DNA from: Flavobacteriales bacterium
Lineage (GTDB): Bacteria > Bacteroidota > Bacteroidia > Flavobacteriales > UBA7430
Length of the DNA stretch: 56,200 nt
Assembly: GCA_002692065.1 (NCBI GenBank)
Contig: NZJX01000004.1
Coordinates: forward strand, 1 to 56,200
Direction: 5' to 3'
The notes beneath the pieces are model-generated. The model was not told the origin of the DNA and ran no database searches. It saw only the letters and a list, made by a program, of their open reading frames with translations. Below, in pieces: positions 1 through 10,309 of the stretch; the first letter of the stretch is position 1; each line of letters opens with the position of its first letter. The translations under genes were made by a program, and so were the position numbers.

Positions 1-3000
1 GAAACACTATTGTCAACTACAGGTAAATTTGATAATCTATATGACTCGTCATTTGAAAGATATTGTAAAACATCTTCATGTTGAAGCTTTAATTGATAAC
101 CTTGACCTGGGTGTAAATCGCCAATACCATTAAAACTCCATTCAGGTAAATATGCTAATCCAGTATAGTCTTTAACAATAATCAAATTGTCAGAGGAAGC
201 AAAATCTGAAAAAACTAAATCTGCTGGGGCAGGCTCAATTCTTAGGTAACCTACCATACTCCAGCCAGATGGTAGACTAACAGAATTTTCCTCAGGGAGC
301 ATATATTGTCCGGTATAACTTAAACTATTGGAATTTAATAGCTTAATTTGATAGCCGTGACCAATTTGACAATCACCTATACCGTTAAAACCCCACTCAG
401 GTAAATATGCTAATCCAGAATTATCTTTAGCAATTATAACATCATCATGTATTTGGTATAACATATCTGCCATATCCATACTTTCAGTATACATGTATGT
501 AGAGAACATACTCCATCCCTCCGGAAGATCTATACTTTGCTCCGTTACGAGAGGAATCGCTTCTATTCCAACTAATACAGAAATTCCATTTATTACAAAT
601 TGATCTTGATTTAAAGCACTTTCAAGATAAGTAGCATTAACCTCTATTTGTGTTTGTGAAGAATTATCCCAAACAAACCAATTAAATTGTTCATCAGCAG
701 AAAAACCATCAATTTCGTCAGTAGTAGTGTCGTCACCTTGAACTGCAACTGCATTATTTTCTCCAGTCCATAAGGTGTAACCACCACATTGTAATTCTCC
801 ATTTGAATCATAGTAAAAAGCCCCAATTGCATCTCCAGATTCTAATTGAACACCTTGATCTAAAGAAACTTGAAGAGTAGCATCAATTACCACAGTGTGA
901 TTGGACCCAGTGATTGAAAAATCCCATGGTACAGAGGAAAAAGTACAAGACCCGTCATCCTCCGTTGCATCTGAATCAAAATTTGAGGCAGAATTATCAG
1001 TACATCCGAAAATTGAGAATATACAAGACCCGTTGTCAATACTAGCATTTGGATTAAAGTTTGATGCTTGAGAATCAGTACATCCAGTTGTACCACCACA
1101 ATATTGAGAGAAATAAATTTGGCCTTCATTACCATCTTCTAAGGTTCCACTTGCAAGATCACATAATTCTTCATATTGCAAAGAAAATTCTCCGCCATTC
1201 CATCCATCACCAAACGAATCAAATAAGTTAAATATAAAACCAGCATTATTATTTGGTAAACATAAATTAACTTGATAAGATTCATTAGTTTCATATCCGT
1301 CTCCTGATAAAATAACATCTCCTGAAGATACATCTTCTATTGACCAGCTAATTTCATATCCAAAGTTTTGAGTGTTCAATGTTAATAAAGCATATACTCC
1401 TTCACATTCAAATATACAAGATTCGTCATCTTGTGTAGCATCTGGATTATAATTGAGTGCTGTTTGATCAATACATCCATATACTGTATAAATACAAGAA
1501 TCATCATCTTGTGTTGCGTCAGGATTATAATTTTCAGCAGATTGATCAGTACATCCTAAAATGTAATCACATGAATTATCATCCTGAGTTGCATCAGGAT
1601 TATAATTTTCAGCTAAAGTGTCAGTACAACCATATACTGGTCCACATTCTCCGTCATAGTTTAAACCAAAAAATAATACGCCTTCATTAACTGAACCTTC
1701 TAGGGTACCATACAATAATAAAGAATCATTACTATTTTGAGTAATAGTTACATAATTATTATTCCAACCATCACCATAAGTATCATACATATTAAAAGAT
1801 AAACACCCTTCATGTAAACACAATTCAGTAAAGCCAACTTCTCCCTGATTACCCTGAAGTTCCCAACTCACTTCATACAAATATGATCCTCCGCCCACAT
1901 CAATTGAAACTCCAATTTCTCCATCAAAACATTCGATTGGAGGATATTCACAATTGTTATCATCTTGTGTTGCATCAGGATTATAATTTACCGCTGTGGT
2001 ATCCATACATCCAAATATGTATGTACAGGAATTATCGTCAATTTCGGCTTCAGAGTTATAATTTTCTGCAATTTCATCAGTACATCCATATACTGGACCA
2101 CATTCTCCTTCATGATTTAATCCGAAAAATAAGACTCCCTCATCAACGTAGCCCTCGAGAGTTCCATATAATAAAGTTAATGAGGAATCTCCCTCAGCTT
2201 GTGTTATTGTAACATAATTATTATTCCAACCATCTCCCCAACTATCATACATATTAAATGAAATACATCCATCTTGGAGGCATGCATCATAATTTCCCAC
2301 TCCACCATCAAATCCTTGAACATCCCAACTTACTTCATTTTGCCAGGTACCCCCACCAACTTCAATTGTTACAGAAGTGCCTTCATTACAAATAATTGTC
2401 TGGCAAGAACCATCGTCAGTATTTGCATTTGGATCATACTCTGCATAATTTGGATTTGTACATCCCAATACTGCAATACATTCACCATCATAATCTAAAC
2501 TGAAAAATAGTGCTCCTTCATCCCCATTCTCAAGAGTTCCCTCTAATAGAATTGAATCATTACTATTTTGAGTTATTACTACAAAATTATCATTCCAGCC
2601 ATCTCCCCAACTATCATACATATTAAATACATAACAAGAGTTATTTAAGACACAGTACTGCATTCCAAGACCTGTACCACCATCATTTCCATCAAACTCC
2701 CAACTTAATTCCCAAGAATAGAATCCTCCTACTACCACATCTACAGTTATTGCTTCGTATCCATCACTACAATTTAAAGTTAAACAAGAACCATCATCTG
2801 TATTTGCATCTGGATTATATTCACCATAATTAGAGTCAGTACAACCTAAAACATAATACTCTCCACAATCACCATCAAAATTTACTCCAACTGAAAACTG
2901 ACCTTCTGAACCACTTTCAAGAGTACCATACAATAATGTCGATTGATTACTATTTTGAGTAATAGTTACATAATTATTATTCCAACCATCACCATATGTA

Positions 3001-5387
3001 TCAAACATATTAAATGTTAAGCATGAAGAGTCTTGAAGACAATATTGCATATCAGATCCAATACCCCCCTCATTTCCATTTAATTCCCAACTTACTTCAT
3101 TTTGCCATGTACCACCTCCAATAGATATATTAACTCCTTCAAAACCTTCATTACACTCGATTAATGGGTACTCACAAGATTCATTTTCTACATTAGCCAA
3201 GGAATCATAATTAGTTGCTAATGGATCTAAACAACCATAAATTGCTTCACATTGTTCCTGTGAATTCAATGAAAAAAAGTGGCTTCCAGAAGTTCCCTCA
3301 GGAGAAATTGTCCAGCCGTAAGAAGGAAGAGAAGCAGTAGTAATGACTGAATCATCTATTGAAAATGTTGCTAAACCTCCATTCCAACCATCACCATAAG
3401 AATCAAACATTTGAAACTGCCAGCATCCATTTTCTAAACAAAAACCGTGGTTCCCTTCAGTTTCTCCAAAAGAATATGATTCTGAATATAAATTTTCATC
3501 ATTGAAAATTAAATTCCAGGAAATTTCACCAAACCAATCACTTCCTGAAATATTTAAAGATACACTATTATAATTATCATCACACTGAAGGGTAACACAA
3601 CTTCCATCATCAATATTAGCATTTGGATTGAATTCTGCATAATTTGGATCCATACAACCATATACTGCAATACATTCTGATTGGAAATTTAAACCAAAAA
3701 ATAATACATCTTCAGATCCACTATCCAATGTACCATCTAACAAGATGTTACCATTAGAATTATTTGATATAACTACCATATTCCCATTCCATCCATCACC
3801 ATATGAATCAAACATTATAAAAGGATAACATGAAGAATCAAGTAGACAATACTGCATATTTAATCCTACTCCACCTTCAATGCCATCCAATTCCCAAGTT
3901 ACTTCATTTTGCCATGTACCACCTCCGAGGTTAATTGTTACTCCCTGATAACCCTCATCACATTCAATTGGAGGATATTCGCAGAGTGAGTTATCTTCTT
4001 CCATAGCTTCTGGATTAAAATTTGAAGCTGTTGGATCCATACATCCCTCAATAGGGCCACACTGATCATAAAAATTTAAAGGAAACCACTCGACATTTTC
4101 AAATCCACTTGTAAAAGTTTCATAAAGTAAAGTTGAATCAATATCTGTTTGATTGATAGAAACATAATTACCATTCCATCCATCACCCCAAGAATCATAC
4201 ATCATAAAAGTATAACACCCATTTGCTAGACAAAATTGACTAGATCCTATGTCTCCTGATAGAAGAACACTTGCCCCAGAGGTATCCACACTACCATCAT
4301 CATTTAAAATTACATTTTCTAGTAATTCCCAGCTTACTTCATTTTGATAATATCCACCACCTATATCAATTGATATGGGAGAAAGATCATTGGAAAGACA
4401 ATTACCAAAACAATCTAATCCTTCTTCAGGTCCGTCACCACCGCATGTACCACACTCATCTAATTCTTGACATGAACCATTATCAAAAACTGCTTGAGGG
4501 TTAAAATTACATGCTGTACTATCTGTACAACCGTAATCACTCGTCACTTCGGCATTACTGATTATCCAATCAAAAGCATATGAAACTCTAGCCCATACTC
4601 CAGGATAATTAACATCAGCACATCCATAGCCCCAACTCGTAGCACCAACTAATAACCATCTAGTATTGTCAGAACTTCTAACAACTAGAGGGCCTCCAGA
4701 ATCTCCTTGGCAAGCATCTTCTCCTCCATCAACTAAATCTCCAGCAGTTATCATAGATTCATGAAGTTGTGAACATGGATAACTTCCAGAATTACCATTT
4801 TCGTCTTGAGCAGCTCCACATGCAACATCATTTTCAACAATTGGTGCTTGAGCCATTTGAAGAGTAGATGCCAAAGGACCTCCAGAAGCTGTTGTTCCCC
4901 ATCCAGTGATTGTAGCCATGACTCCACCATCTTCGCTTCCTGCTGTAACCTCTGATGGATCAATTAAATCAATTTTCTGAACAAAATCAGAATAAATAAA
5001 TGTTCCTTCTATTTCGAGCAATGCAAAGTCATGCGATATACTGGTAGGTGAACCATAACTTGGATGAACAATTATTTGTGAAACTGAATATACATCACCA
5101 CCAATAGCAAAAGATGAAGACTCTCCAGCACGGACAAATAAGTTCGATGGACTAGTCCCATTAACACAGTGAGCAGCAGTTAAAACCCATGAATCACCAA
5201 TAATAGATCCCCCACAAAAACCAGATCCTCCTGGACTTGATGTCAAACCAACTTGCCATGGATAATCTTTTATATTTACATCAACGCCCCCTACTACCCT
5301 CTCTTGAGAAAAAACATTATTTGAAATAAGTGAGTAAAATAATATCAAATAGGATGTTTTAACTATTATTTTTTTAATATTTTGCAT
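1..5387 (-). CDS. Giant secreted trypsin-like (S1A) serine protease with Cys-paired repeats, DSxGDGWN modules and a tandem GWS/GWN-YQIK module; 3' end lies outside the window (>1795 aa)
   Basis: Not in the ORF track because it has no stop in the window. Manual translation from ATG 5387 gives MQNIKKIIVKTSYLILFYSLISNNVFS-QER-VVGG..YPWQV..CGGSII..WVLTAAHC..HDFALL..DACQGDSGGPLV..SWGYGCA..YPGVWARVS. Then come 13 GCxD..C repeats and 8 D(S/T)(Y/W/F)GDGWN modules. The same frame is still open at position 1 (..SYRLSNLPVVDNSVS). Confidence 0.93.
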   Translation of the reverse strand, partial: MQNIKKIIVKTSYLILFYSLISNNVFSQERVVGGVDVNIKDYPWQVGLTSSPGGSGFCGGSIIGDSWVLTAAHCVNGTSPSNLFVRAGESSSFAIGGDVYSVSQIIVHPSYGSPTSISHDFALLEIEGTFIYSDFVQKIDLIDPSEVTAGSEDGGVMATITGWGTTASGGPLASTLQMAQAPIVENDVACGAAQDENGNSGSYPCSQLHESMITAGDLVDGGEDACQGDSGGPLVVRSSDNTRWLLVGATSWGYGCADVNYPGVWARVSYAFDWIISNAEVTSDYGCTDSTACNFNPQAVFDNGSCQELDECGTCGGDGPEEGLDCFGNCLSNDLSPISIDIGGGYYQNEVSWELLENVILNDDGSVDTSGASVLLSGDIGSSQFCLANGCYTFMMYDSWGDGWNGNYVSINQTDIDSTLLYETFTSGFENVEWFPLNFYDQCGPIEGCMDPTASNFNPEAMEEDNSLCEYPPIECDEGYQGVTINLGGGTWQNEVTWELDGIEGGVGLNMQYCLLDSSCYPFIMFDSYGDGWNGNMVVISNNSNGNILLDGTLDSGSEDVLFFGLNFQSECIAVYGCMDPNYAEFNPNANIDDGSCVTLQCDDNYNSVSLNISGSDWFGEISWNLIFNDENLYSESYSFGETEGNHGFCLENGCWQFQMFDSYGDGWNGGLATFSIDDSVITTASLPSYGWTISPEGTSGSHFFSLNSQEQCEAIYGCLDPLATNYDSLANVENESCEYPLIECNEGFEGVNISIGGGTWQNEVSWELNGNEGGIGSDMQYCLQDSSCLTFNMFDTYGDGWNNNYVTITQNSNQSTLLYGTLESGSEGQFSVGVNFDGDCGEYYVLGCTDSNYGEYNPDANTDDGSCLTLNCSDGYEAITVDVVVGGFYSWELSWEFDGNDGGTGLGMQYCVLNNSCYVFNMYDSWGDGWNDNFVVITQNSNDSILLEGTLENGDEGALFFSLDYDGECIAVLGCTNPNYAEYDPNANTDDGSCQTIICNEGTSVTIEVGGGTWQNEVSWDVQGFDGGVGNYDACLQDGCISFNMYDSWGDGWNNNYVTITQAEGDSSLTLLYGTLEGYVDEGVLFFGLNHEGECGPVYGCTDEIAENYNSEAEIDDNSCTYIFGCMDTTAVNYNPDATQDDNNCEYPPIECFDGEIGVSIDVGGGSYLYEVSWELQGNQGEVGFTELCLHEGCLSFNMYDTYGDGWNNNYVTITQNSNDSLLLYGTLEGSVNEGVLFFGLNYDGECGPVYGCTDTLAENYNPDATQDDNSCDYILGCTDQSAENYNPDATQDDDSCIYTVYGCIDQTALNYNPDATQDDESCIFECEGVYALLTLNTQNFGYEISWSIEDVSSGDVILSGDGYETNESYQVNLCLPNNNAGFIFNLFDSFGDGWNGGEFSLQYEELCDLASGTLEDGNEGQIYFSQYCGGTTGCTDSQASNFNPNASIDNGSCIFSIFGCTDNSASNFDSDATEDDGSCTFSSVPWDFSITGSNHTVVIDATLQVSLDQGVQLESGDAIGAFYYDSNGELQCGGYTLWTGENNAVAVQGDDTTTDEIDGFSADEQFNWFVWDNSSQTQIEVNATYLESALNQDQFVINGISVLVGIEAIPLVTEQSIDLPEGWSMFSTYMYTESMDMADMLYQIHDDVIIAKDNSGLAYLPEWGFNGIGDCQIGHGYQIKLLNSNSLSYTGQYMLPEENSVSLPSGWSMVGYLRIEPAPADLVFSDFASSDNLIIVKDYTGLAYLPEWSFNGIGDLHPGQGYQLKLQHEDVLQYLSNDESYRLSNLPVVDNSV
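950..4540 (-). repeat. Coding array of alternating Cys-paired repeats and ~100-aa DSxGDGWN modules in the protease
   Basis: D(S/T)xGDGWN near 4180, 3795, 3390, 2990, 2600, 2235, 1770 and 1205 (period ~390-460 bp); shared DNA such as ACTTCATTTTGCCA.GTACC near 2335, 3095 and 3900. Confidence 0.85.
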
Positions 5388-5563
5388 CTTGAAGTATTTT
5401 TATATTTATATCTATGTTAGGCTTAATCTAATTCAATCTTAATTTTAAAAGGATTAACTTAAATTATCTAAGCAAATTAACACTAAAGAATAATTAAATT
5501 TCTAACTTAGTAAAGATAACTATATTTTTTTATTAATTAAATTTCAAAAGAATCTATTTTTAA

Positions 5564-6538
5564 GTGGTTTCAAGTGAGAAAATTTTTAATATCAATTCTA
5601 AAAAAGAATTTGAATCATTAGCAATCGAAATATTTAAATATCAAGCTAAAAAAAATTTAGTTTACAATAAATACATAACCAGCTTGGGAATTGACTTTAT
5701 GAATATTGATGAGTTAGAAAAGATACCTTTTTTGCCAATTAATTTTTTTAAAAGCCAACAAATTATTTCATCAAAAAATAATATTGATAAAGTATTTTTT
5801 AGCAGCGGGACAAGTGGTTTAAGAAGTAAACATTATGTTTTTGATTTAAATCTTTATGAAAAAAGTCTAATTAAATCTTTTGAATATTTTTATGGAAATA
5901 TTAAAAATTATACTTTTTATGCACTTATTCCCTCAATTCAATCATTAAACGAATCCTCACTTGTTTACATGACAAAAAAATTTATACAATTAAGTGAAAA
6001 CGCTAACAGTAATTTTTATTTTAATGATTATAATCATTTATTTAAAAAATTATCAAGTATTCAGAATAAGAAGACAATTTTAATTGGATTAGGATTTGCT
6101 CTTCTGGATTTTTGCAAAAAATTTCCATTAAAGTTAAATAACACTATTGTTATTGAGACTGGGGGTATGAAAAATATCAATAAAGAGATGCATAAGGTTG
6201 AACTACATCAAATTTTAAAAAAAAAATTTAATACTAATCAAATTCACTCTGAATACGGTATGACAGAATTACTTTCTCAATCATATTCAAAAAAAAATGG
6301 TAAATTTAAGAGCCCACCATGGAAAAAAGTTCAATGCAGAGATATAACAGATCCTTTGAGTAGTAATAAAAATTCTGGAGCAATAAATATAATTGATTTA
6401 GCTAATTATCACTCTTGTTCATTTATTGCTACTAATGACTTAGGAAAAATAAATAATGATAATACATTTGAAATATTGGGAAGATTGCAAGAAAGTGATA
6501 TTAGAGGATGTAATCAAATACTTGATCAAATAACTTAA
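5564..6538 (+). CDS. LuxE/PaaK-like acyl-protein synthetase / acyltransferase
   Basis: SSGTSG, IETGGMK, HSEYGMTELLSQ, IDLAN.SCSFIAT.DLG and FEILGR...RGC motifs; GTG start. Confidence 0.85.
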   Translation: MVSSEKIFNINSKKEFESLAIEIFKYQAKKNLVYNKYITSLGIDFMNIDELEKIPFLPINFFKSQQIISSKNNIDKVFFSSGTSGLRSKHYVFDLNLYEKSLIKSFEYFYGNIKNYTFYALIPSIQSLNESSLVYMTKKFIQLSENANSNFYFNDYNHLFKKLSSIQNKKTILIGLGFALLDFCKKFPLKLNNTIVIETGGMKNINKEMHKVELHQILKKKFNTNQIHSEYGMTELLSQSYSKKNGKFKSPPWKKVQCRDITDPLSSNKNSGAINIIDLANYHSCSFIATNDLGKINNDNTFEILGRLQESDIRGCNQILDQIT

Positions 6539-7809
6539 ACTAATTTTATCAAAAAGTAATTTTTTTTACCTTTCTGGATGATAATATATTTATCACCAAT
6601 AATGTCTTTTTGATTAATTATTTTATGCTCATTTACTTTTTTTTTATTGATACTTATCGCGTTAGATCTTAACATTCTCATTACTTCCCCATTAGACTTA
6701 AATATTTTTGATTTCTGGGCTAATAATTCAATTATATTTATTCCATTTATAATTTCATTCATTGATATCTCGTGTTGAGGCACTCCCTCAAAAATATCAA
6801 GTATATCTTTCTCAGATATATTTAACATCTCATCTGTAGTATTTTTCCCAAACAAGATTCTTGAAACTTGAACTGCATTGTTATAAGATTCCTCATCATG
6901 AACTCGGATTGTCAACTCTCTAGCCAAATTTTCTTGTAAAATTCTTAAATGAGGATTTTTTAAATGGGTTTTTATCAAAATTTCAATTTCACTTTTATCT
7001 TTTAGACTAAATATTTTAATAAAATTAATTGCATCAGCATCTGAAGAATTTAACCAATATTGATAAAACTTATAAGGTGATGTTTTTTTTGAATCTAACC
7101 AAAGGTTTCCACTTTCAGTTTTTCCAAATTTAGAACCATCACTTTTTTTAATTAAAGGAGTAGTTAAGGCATATGACTCACCTTTTAGTTTCTTTCTAAT
7201 CAACTCAGTTCCTGAAACAATATTTCCCCATTGATCTGACCCTCCCAACTGTATAATGCAATTTTTATTTTTGAATAAATAATAAAAGTCATACCCTTGT
7301 ATTAGTTGGTAAGTAAATTCAGTAAATGATATTCCTGATTCTAATCTTGATTTAACAGAATCTTTACTCATCATTTGGTTAACACTTATATATTTTCCTA
7401 TATCTCTTATAAAATCAAGAATTTTTATATCCTTGAACCAATCATGATTATTTACAATTTCGGCTGAATTTTCCCCACAATTAAAATCTAAAAACTTTAA
7501 TAATTGTTTTTTTATACCCTTGATATTTTGATTTATAATTTTTTCTGACAGTAAAACTCTTTCTTTTGATTTTCCTGATGGGTCACCTACCATTCCAGTT
7601 GCACCTCCGATCAAAATTATTGGCTTATGTCCACATTTTTGAAAGTGAACAAGAGTCATTATTTGGACTAAATTACCTATATGAAGTGAATCTGCTGTTG
7701 GATCAAAACCAATATATCCAACAATTAATGATTTTTTGAGTTTATCCTCTGTTCCAGGGATAAAATCATGAATCATCCCTCTCCATTGTAGTTGTTTGAA
7801 AAAATTCAT
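6535..7809 (-). CDS. tyrS: Tyrosine--tRNA ligase
   Basis: YIGFDPTADSLHIGN (HIGH), GGSDQWGNI, KFGKT (KMSKS-like), C-terminal S4 domain. Confidence 0.97.
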   Translation of the reverse strand: MNFFKQLQWRGMIHDFIPGTEDKLKKSLIVGYIGFDPTADSLHIGNLVQIMTLVHFQKCGHKPIILIGGATGMVGDPSGKSKERVLLSEKIINQNIKGIKKQLLKFLDFNCGENSAEIVNNHDWFKDIKILDFIRDIGKYISVNQMMSKDSVKSRLESGISFTEFTYQLIQGYDFYYLFKNKNCIIQLGGSDQWGNIVSGTELIRKKLKGESYALTTPLIKKSDGSKFGKTESGNLWLDSKKTSPYKFYQYWLNSSDADAINFIKIFSLKDKSEIEILIKTHLKNPHLRILQENLARELTIRVHDEESYNNAVQVSRILFGKNTTDEMLNISEKDILDIFEGVPQHEISMNEIINGINIIELLAQKSKIFKSNGEVMRMLRSNAISINKKKVNEHKIINQKDIIGDKYIIIQKGKKNYFLIKLV

Positions 7810-8189
7810 AATTTTATATTTGTTTGTTTTATTTTAATCAAAACTGAATCCAAAATCATATCAAATTTATTGGGATTTTCTATACAATTTATTAAATTTT
7901 TCTCAAAATCTTCAATAGAGTAATTTGTTGAATCAAATATTAAAGGGTAATATGTTCCTAAAAATTTTTCTTGCCGACCAAAACTTTGAAGATTATTAAA
8001 TTTTGACTTAGACTCTAATATATATATTTTTGTCAAAATTTTAATCATTTCACTATCACTAATTTTAATATATGTTTCTTTTTTTGAGCAAGAAAAAATT
8101 AATAATAAACTTAAAATTGAAAAAATTAAATTTTTAGAATTAAATAAACTCCAAAGATGTACCTTTATGATTTTCATTAAAAATTCCAT
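7806..8189 (-). CDS. DUF4296-like lipoprotein (start uncertain; overlaps pyrC 3' end)
   Basis: Hydrophobic stretch plus lipobox LIFSC, then ISDSEMIKILTKIYILE; sits between pyrC and tyrS as in many Flavobacteriales. Confidence 0.6.
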   Translation of the reverse strand: MEFLMKIIKVHLWSLFNSKNLIFSILSLLLIFSCSKKETYIKISDSEMIKILTKIYILESKSKFNNLQSFGRQEKFLGTYYPLIFDSTNYSIEDFEKNLINCIENPNKFDMILDSVLIKIKQTNIKL

Positions 8190-9474
8190 TGTTATATACT
8201 AAATTACCATTTACAAATGTTGATTTAATAGATGACTTAAACTTCATTCCTTCTAGAGGTGACCAACCACACTTATACAAAATATTTTTATTATTAACTT
8301 CCCATTCATTTGAAAAGTCTAAAAATACTAAATCAGCATAATAACCTTCTTTAATAAATCCTCTATCTTTAATTTTAAAACATTTAGCTGGAGCATGACA
8401 CATTTTTTCGACTATCCACTCTATACTTAATTTCCCTGAATGAAAAAACTCTAACATTGAAACTAAAGAATGCTGGACCATTGGCCCTCCAGATGGACAG
8501 GTTGGATAAGAATTCATTTTTTCTTCCAAAGTGTGAGGTGCATGATCAGTAGCAATAACGTCAATATTATTATTTACTAATCCATTCAAAATTGCATCTT
8601 TATCATACGAAGTTTTTACTGCAGGATTCCATTTAATTAGTGCCCCTTTATTTTTGTAAAAACTATCGTCAAAAATCAAGTGATGGATACATGCCTCTGA
8701 TGTTATCATTTTTTTTTCTAAAGGAATTTTATTTGAAAAAAAACTGATTTCCTCTTTTGTAGAAATATGAAGAATATGAAGTCTAGAATTATATTTTTTT
8801 GCTAAATCAATTGCTAAAGAGGAAGATTTAATACATGCCTCTCGGTTTCTGATAATTGGATGAAATTTCATAGGAATTTTTTCTCCAAATTGTTGTTTAA
8901 ATTTTTTTAAATTGGATTTAACTATTCTTTCATCTTCACAATGAACTGCAATCAACATATTTGAGTTTGCAAATATTTTCTCTAGTACGTTTAAATTATC
9001 AACTAACATATTTCCAGTTGAAGAGCCCATAAAAATTTTTAATCCTGGAACACTTTTAGGATTAATTTTTAGAATTTCATCATAGTTATCATTGGAAGCA
9101 CCCATATAAAATGAATAATTTGCCAATGAGGTTTTAGATGCAATTTCAAATTTCTGGTCAAGAAATTTTTGATTTAAAGTTTGTGGTATCGTATTTGGCA
9201 TTTCCATGAAAGAAGTAATTCCACCAGCCACTGCAGCCTTAGATTCAGAATATATTGAAGCCTTATGGGTCAGACCTGGTTCTCTAAAATGGACTTGATC
9301 ATCAATAACACCAGGAATCACAAATTTATTGTTAGCATTAATTATATTACTTATTTTTAAATCTATTTTAGGAGAAATTTTTTTTATTCTATCATTTTCT
9401 ATTAATATATCACTTTTGAAAACTTCTCCTGAATTAACAATTTTTGCATCTTTAATTAATTTCAAATTATTCAT
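8140..9474 (-). CDS. pyrC: Dihydroorotase
   Basis: PGVIDDQVHFREPG, EMPNT, HCED, KWNP and IATDHAPH amidohydrolase motifs. Confidence 0.92.
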   Translation of the reverse strand: MNNLKLIKDAKIVNSGEVFKSDILIENDRIKKISPKIDLKISNIINANNKFVIPGVIDDQVHFREPGLTHKASIYSESKAAVAGGITSFMEMPNTIPQTLNQKFLDQKFEIASKTSLANYSFYMGASNDNYDEILKINPKSVPGLKIFMGSSTGNMLVDNLNVLEKIFANSNMLIAVHCEDERIVKSNLKKFKQQFGEKIPMKFHPIIRNREACIKSSSLAIDLAKKYNSRLHILHISTKEEISFFSNKIPLEKKMITSEACIHHLIFDDSFYKNKGALIKWNPAVKTSYDKDAILNGLVNNNIDVIATDHAPHTLEEKMNSYPTCPSGGPMVQHSLVSMLEFFHSGKLSIEWIVEKMCHAPAKCFKIKDRGFIKEGYYADLVFLDFSNEWEVNNKNILYKCGWSPLEGMKFKSSIKSTFVNGNLVYNNGIFNENHKGTSLEFI

Positions 9475-9478
9475 AAAT

Positions 9479-10210
9479 TTATCTTTTATAAGATTTAAAA
9501 AAACTAGCTAATTTTAAATATATTACTCCAAAAAACGCTTCGTAGAATATTGAGGTGCTCATTTTTGAAACGCCATTTGATCTATCCTTAAATATTACTG
9601 GTATTTCTTTAATTTTAAAACCATATTTCCATGCTTTAAACTTCATTTCAATTTGAAATGCATAACCAATGAAAGATATTTTTGAATTCAAAATAGTTAT
9701 TATTAAATTTCTATTATAACACTTAAATCCTGCAGTTGCATCATCAATTGGTAGACCAGTTATAATCTTTACATATCTTGATGCAAAGTAAGACATTAAA
9801 ACCCTCATTATTGGCCAATTTATTACGTTTACTAGACCTCCTAGATATCTTGATCCAATAGATAAATCATAACCATCAATTTCACATGCATTATATAGTC
9901 TTATCAAATCGTCTGGATTATGAGAAAAGTCTGCATCCATTTCAAAAAAATATTCATAATTTTTTTTTAAACCCCATCTAAATCCATCAATGTATGCTGT
10001 CCCCAAACCTAACTTAGCATTTCTTTTTAGTAAATGTATTCTCTTATTTTTTTTTTGAAGAGATAGAATAATTCCCTGAGTTCCATCAGGAGAAGCATCA
10101 TCAACAACCAAAATATCATATTTTTTTTCTAAGCTACTGATTCTTGAAATTATTTTTTCTATATTTTCACGTTCGTTGTATGTTGGAATTATTACTAAAC
10201 TATCTGACAT
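9479..10210 (-). CDS. Polyprenol monophosphomannose synthase-like GT2 glycosyltransferase
   Basis: VIIPTYNE, VDDASPDGT, GLGTAY, EMDADFSH.P, IGSRY, D.TAGFKCY, GYAFQIEMK. Confidence 0.9.
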   Translation of the reverse strand: MSDSLVIIPTYNERENIEKIISRISSLEKKYDILVVDDASPDGTQGIILSLQKKNKRIHLLKRNAKLGLGTAYIDGFRWGLKKNYEYFFEMDADFSHNPDDLIRLYNACEIDGYDLSIGSRYLGGLVNVINWPIMRVLMSYFASRYVKIITGLPIDDATAGFKCYNRNLIITILNSKISFIGYAFQIEMKFKAWKYGFKIKEIPVIFKDRSNGVSKMSTSIFYEAFFGVIYLKLASFFKSYKR

Positions 10211-10214
10211 ATAA

Positions 10215-10222
10215 CAAATTTA
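10215..10222 (-). promoter_or_regulatory. Bacteroidota -7 promoter box TAAATTTG, 4 nt before the GT2 ATG
   Basis: Exact TAnnTTTG match on the minus strand at the head of the GT2-pyrC-tyrS run. Confidence 0.6.
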
Positions 10223-10284
10223 AACTAATTTTAATAAGTTGCATTATGTAGCAATAAATTATTTAATTAAATAATTTCTTTTTT

Positions 10285-10292
10285 TAAATTTG
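10285..10292 (+). promoter_or_regulatory. Bacteroidota -7 promoter box TAAATTTG(C) for the LTD-TBDR-nuclease operon
   Basis: Exact TAnnTTTG match 17 nt upstream of ATG 10310. Confidence 0.6.
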
Positions 10293-10309
10293 CCTCAATT
10301 ATAATTAAA

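Noticed and set aside
644-4963. Short ORFs listed in the track over the first 5 kb
   Set aside because: They are alternative-frame or antisense shadows of the single long minus-strand protease ORF and carry no recognisable motifs.
5564-6538. LuxE-like gene as evidence of bioluminescence
   Set aside because: No luxA/B/C/D nearby; stand-alone homologues are common in Bacteroidota.
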